A DNA stretch of 24,000 nucleotides, taken from the NCBI RefSeq assembly GCF_900143065.1, contig NZ_FRCX01000007.1:336349-360348 (forward strand). Direction: 5' to 3'. The notes beneath the pieces are model-generated. The model was given only the letters and a program-made list of their open reading frames with translations. It did no database searches and was not told where the DNA came from. This DNA comes from Duganella sacchari (GTDB taxonomy: Bacteria; Pseudomonadota; Gammaproteobacteria; Burkholderiales; Burkholderiaceae_D). This document shows, in pieces, positions 21,364 through 24,000 of this stretch. The first letter of the stretch is position 1, and the number at the start of each line of letters is the position of its first letter. Both the position numbers and the translations under genes were made by a program.

Positions 21364-22410
21364 ATGAGCGCAGATATCACTTCCACGCCCCTACCAAAGC
21401 CAGAGCCGGCCATGCACACCAGCACCGCACAAATGACAGCAGTGGAACAGGCTGCCATGCAGTCCATGCTCCGCACCATGCGCAAGCAGCGCATCCAGGA
21501 TTTCTTCTTCCACAAAACCACCATGCTGTTTGCACTGTCCGTACTGGCGGTGCTGCTGGGGATTATCTTCTCGCTCATGGTTGGCGCCTGGCCGGCGTTC
21601 AAGGAATTCGGCCCGGCCTTCATCACCACGGTGGAGTGGGACCCGGTCAACGACCAGTATGGCGCGATGATCGCGATTGTCGGCACGCTGGCGACCTCGG
21701 GCATTGCACTGCTGATCGCCTTCCCGGTGTCGTTTGGTATCGCACTGTTCCTGACCGAAATCTGCCCGGCCGGCCTGCGCCGTCCACTGGGCACGGCGGT
21801 GGAGCTGCTGGCCGGTATCCCGTCCATCATCTACGGCATGTGGGGCCTGTTCGTGTTTGCGCCGCTGTTCGGCGACTACGTGCAGCCGTTCCTGAAACAG
21901 ACCATCGGCCAGCTGCCGCTGATCGGCCAGTTCTTCAGCGGCCCGACCATGGGCATCGGCATCCTGACCGCCGCGCTGATCCTGGCCGTGATGATCATTC
22001 CGTTCATCTCCTCGGTGATGCGCGACGTGTTTGAAATCGTCCCGGCCGTGCTGAAAGAATCCGCTTACGGCCTCGGCTGCACCCGCTGGGAAGTGGTGCG
22101 CAAGATCGTGCTGCCATACACCAAGACCGGTGTGGTCGGCGGCGTGATGCTGGGCCTGGGCCGCGCACTGGGTGAAACCATGGCGGTGACCTTCGTGATC
22201 GGTAACGCCAACAAGCTGTCGTGGTCGCTGTTCGCAGCCGGTAACTCGATCGCCTCGACGCTGGCCAATGAATTTGCCGAATCGGATACCGTGCTGCACA
22301 CCTCGTCGCTGTTCGCGCTGGCACTGATCCTGTTCGTGATTACCTTTATCGTTCTGTCCGCCGCCAAGCTGATGCTGGCTGGCATGTCTCGCAAGGAAGG
22401 CGTCAAATAA
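21364..22410 (+). CDS. pstC: Phosphate ABC transporter permease PstC
   Basis: Colinear with E. coli PstC from memory: [87 protein letters not shown] and LANEFAE. The start is uncertain. ATG 21364 gives a hydrophilic N-terminal extension about 30 aa longer than E. coli PstC. ATG 21457, preceded by GGAACAGG, is an alternative. Confidence 0.9.
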   Translation: MSADITSTPLPKPEPAMHTSTAQMTAVEQAAMQSMLRTMRKQRIQDFFFHKTTMLFALSVLAVLLGIIFSLMVGAWPAFKEFGPAFITTVEWDPVNDQYGAMIAIVGTLATSGIALLIAFPVSFGIALFLTEICPAGLRRPLGTAVELLAGIPSIIYGMWGLFVFAPLFGDYVQPFLKQTIGQLPLIGQFFSGPTMGIGILTAALILAVMIIPFISSVMRDVFEIVPAVLKESAYGLGCTRWEVVRKIVLPYTKTGVVGGVMLGLGRALGETMAVTFVIGNANKLSWSLFAAGNSIASTLANEFAESDTVLHTSSLFALALILFVITFIVLSAAKLMLAGMSRKEGVK

Positions 22411-23282
22411 TGAGCGCAACTCTGGAAAAAGCCGCGATGAATCCGGTGTACCGCAAGCGTCTGCTGATGCATCGCGTCGGCATCGCACTGTCGGTGGCCG
22501 CCATGTCGGTTGGCCTGCTGGTGCTGGCCTGGATTCTGATTACCCTGATCATCAAGGGCTTTGGCGCGCTGAGCCTCAATCTGTTCACGCAAACCACGCC
22601 GGCGCCAGGCAGCGAGGGTGGTGGCCTGATCAATGCGATCTTCGGCAGCGTGATGATCGTCGGCCTGTCGACGCTGATCTCGACGCCGATCGGCATTCTG
22701 GCCGGCATGTACCTGGCCGAATACGGCGAAGAAAACAAGATCGCCGCAATTACCCGTTTCGTCACTGACATCATGCTGTCGGCGCCATCGATCGTGATTG
22801 GCATGTTCGTGTGGGCCATGTATGTGGCCACCACCAAGCACTACTCGGGCTACGCCGGTTCGATCGCGCTGGCGCTGATCGCCGTGCCGGTGGTGGTGCG
22901 CACCACCGACAATATGCTGCGCCTGGTACCGAACAGCCTGCTGGAAGCCGCGTTTGCACTGGGCGCACCGCGCTGGAAAGTGGCGATGATGGTGCGCCTG
23001 CGCGCCGTCAAGGCCGGCGTGATCACCGGTGTGCTGCTGGCCGTGGCCCGTGTCTCCGGCGAGACTGCACCGCTGCTGTTCACCGCGCTGAACAACCAGT
23101 TCTTCAGCTCCGACATGAACGCGCCGATGGCCAACCTGCCGGTCGTGATCTACGGCTTTGCCATGAGCCCTTATGACAACTGGCGCGAACTCGCCTGGGG
23201 TGGCGCACTGCTGGTGACCTTCAGCGTGCTGGCCCTGAACGTCATCTCGCGCACCGTGTTTGCCCAAAAAGCCCCGAACTAA
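22410..23282 (+). CDS. pstA: Phosphate ABC transporter permease PstA
   Basis: 290 aa. The ATG overlaps the pstC TAA by 1 nt (TAATG). Typical PstA sequence is present: GGGLINAIFGS, GILAGMYLAEYG, LSAPSIVIG, EAAFALGAPRWK and ARVSGETAPLLFTAL. Confidence 0.93.
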   Translation: MSATLEKAAMNPVYRKRLLMHRVGIALSVAAMSVGLLVLAWILITLIIKGFGALSLNLFTQTTPAPGSEGGGLINAIFGSVMIVGLSTLISTPIGILAGMYLAEYGEENKIAAITRFVTDIMLSAPSIVIGMFVWAMYVATTKHYSGYAGSIALALIAVPVVVRTTDNMLRLVPNSLLEAAFALGAPRWKVAMMVRLRAVKAGVITGVLLAVARVSGETAPLLFTALNNQFFSSDMNAPMANLPVVIYGFAMSPYDNWRELAWGGALLVTFSVLALNVISRTVFAQKAPN

Positions 23283-23308
23283 CCAGATAGATAAAGCGAA
23301 TCCATACA

Positions 23309-24000
23309 ATGAATACGCAACTGAGCCAAGAGAATGTCATCGCCATGAACGGCAAACGTAAAACCATCGAGATTTCGGGCCTGAATTTCTTCTACGGTAA
23401 AACCCAGAGCCTGCACAACGTCAGCCTGGATATCCATGAAAAGCAGGTGACTGCCTTCATCGGCCCGTCGGGCTGCGGCAAATCGACCTTGCTGCGCACG
23501 CTGAACCGCATGTACGACCTGTACCCGGGCCAGCGCGCCGAAGGCGCCATCATGTACCGCGGCCGTAACATCCTCGAAGGCGGCCAGGACTTGAACATGC
23601 TGCGCGCCAAGGTCGGCATGGTGTTCCAGAAGCCGACCCCGTTCCCGATGTCGATCTACGACAACATCGCGTTTGGCGTGCGCCTGTACGAAGACCTGTC
23701 GAAAGGTGAAATGGATGAGCGCGTGGAATGGGCGCTGAAAAAAGCCGCACTGTGGACCGAAGTCAAGGACAAGCTGACCAAGAGCGGCCTGTCGCTGTCC
23801 GGCGGCCAGCAGCAGCGTCTGTGCATCGCCCGTGGCGTTGCCGTCAAACCGGACGTGCTGCTGCTGGACGAACCAACCTCGGCACTGGACCCGATCTCGA
23901 CCTCTAAAGTGGAAGAACTGATCAGCGAGCTGAAACAGGACTACACCATCGCCATCGTGACCCACAATATGCAGCAGGCAGCGCGCTGCTCGGACTACAC
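23309..24000 (+). CDS. pstB: Phosphate ABC transporter ATP-binding protein PstB (3' end outside the window)
   Basis: It is open to the window edge, so it is absent from the ORF track. From ATG 23309 it reads [30 protein letters not shown]. The motifs are Walker [33 protein letters not shown], signature [14 protein letters not shown], Walker [12 protein letters not shown] and H-loop [13 protein letters not shown]. It is nearly colinear with E. coli PstB. An internal ATG (MNGKRK) is an alternative start. Confidence 0.93.
   Translation, partial: MNTQLSQENVIAMNGKRKTIEISGLNFFYGKTQSLHNVSLDIHEKQVTAFIGPSGCGKSTLLRTLNRMYDLYPGQRAEGAIMYRGRNILEGGQDLNMLRAKVGMVFQKPTPFPMSIYDNIAFGVRLYEDLSKGEMDERVEWALKKAALWTEVKDKLTKSGLSLSGGQQQRLCIARGVAVKPDVLLLDEPTSALDPISTSKVEELISELKQDYTIAIVTHNMQQAARCSDY

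Overview
High-GC (about 60-65% by eye) Gram-negative chromosomal window. Gene content and protein sequences look betaproteobacterial, perhaps Burkholderiales/Oxalobacteraceae, but that taxon is only my inference. I can support 20 protein-coding genes: two are cut by the window edges and one is a 39-codon sORF missing from the ORF track. I found no rRNA or tRNA genes, no CRISPR array, and no transposase, integrase or phage genes.

The window falls into four blocks:
- Block 1 (1-2801): tail of a translationally coupled operon. It encodes a split glycine-decarboxylase P-protein-like enzyme (GcvPA/GcvPB type, with altered active-site motifs) and a COG3199/AcoX-like ATP-NAD-kinase-fold protein.
- Block 2 (2839-13268): a glycoside utilisation locus linked to a TonB-dependent receptor (TBDR). 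It holds the TBDR, a secreted GH63 alpha-glucosidase (YgjK orthologue) and a convergent SDR-ebgA-ebgC-APC permease operon. This is the E. coli ebgAC-ygjI..ygjK neighbourhood rebuilt around an outer-membrane receptor.
- Block 3 (13529-17023): two small membrane proteins, an orphan FliD-like filament-cap paralogue and an orphan PotF-like binding protein.
- Block 4 (17111-24000): a phosphate block. The sORF, sixA and ppk1 are divergent from pstS-pstC-pstA-pstB, and the shared 281-bp intergenic region carries a dense array of Pho-box half-sites.

I see no recognisable defence island or mobile element. The candidates most worth follow-up are the TBDR/GH63/EbgAC/APC locus, the motif-divergent split P-protein with its AcoX-like partner, the orphan FliD-like gene and the unlisted sORF. 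All family calls come from motif-level recognition of the translations, with no database search, so they are hypotheses at family level.
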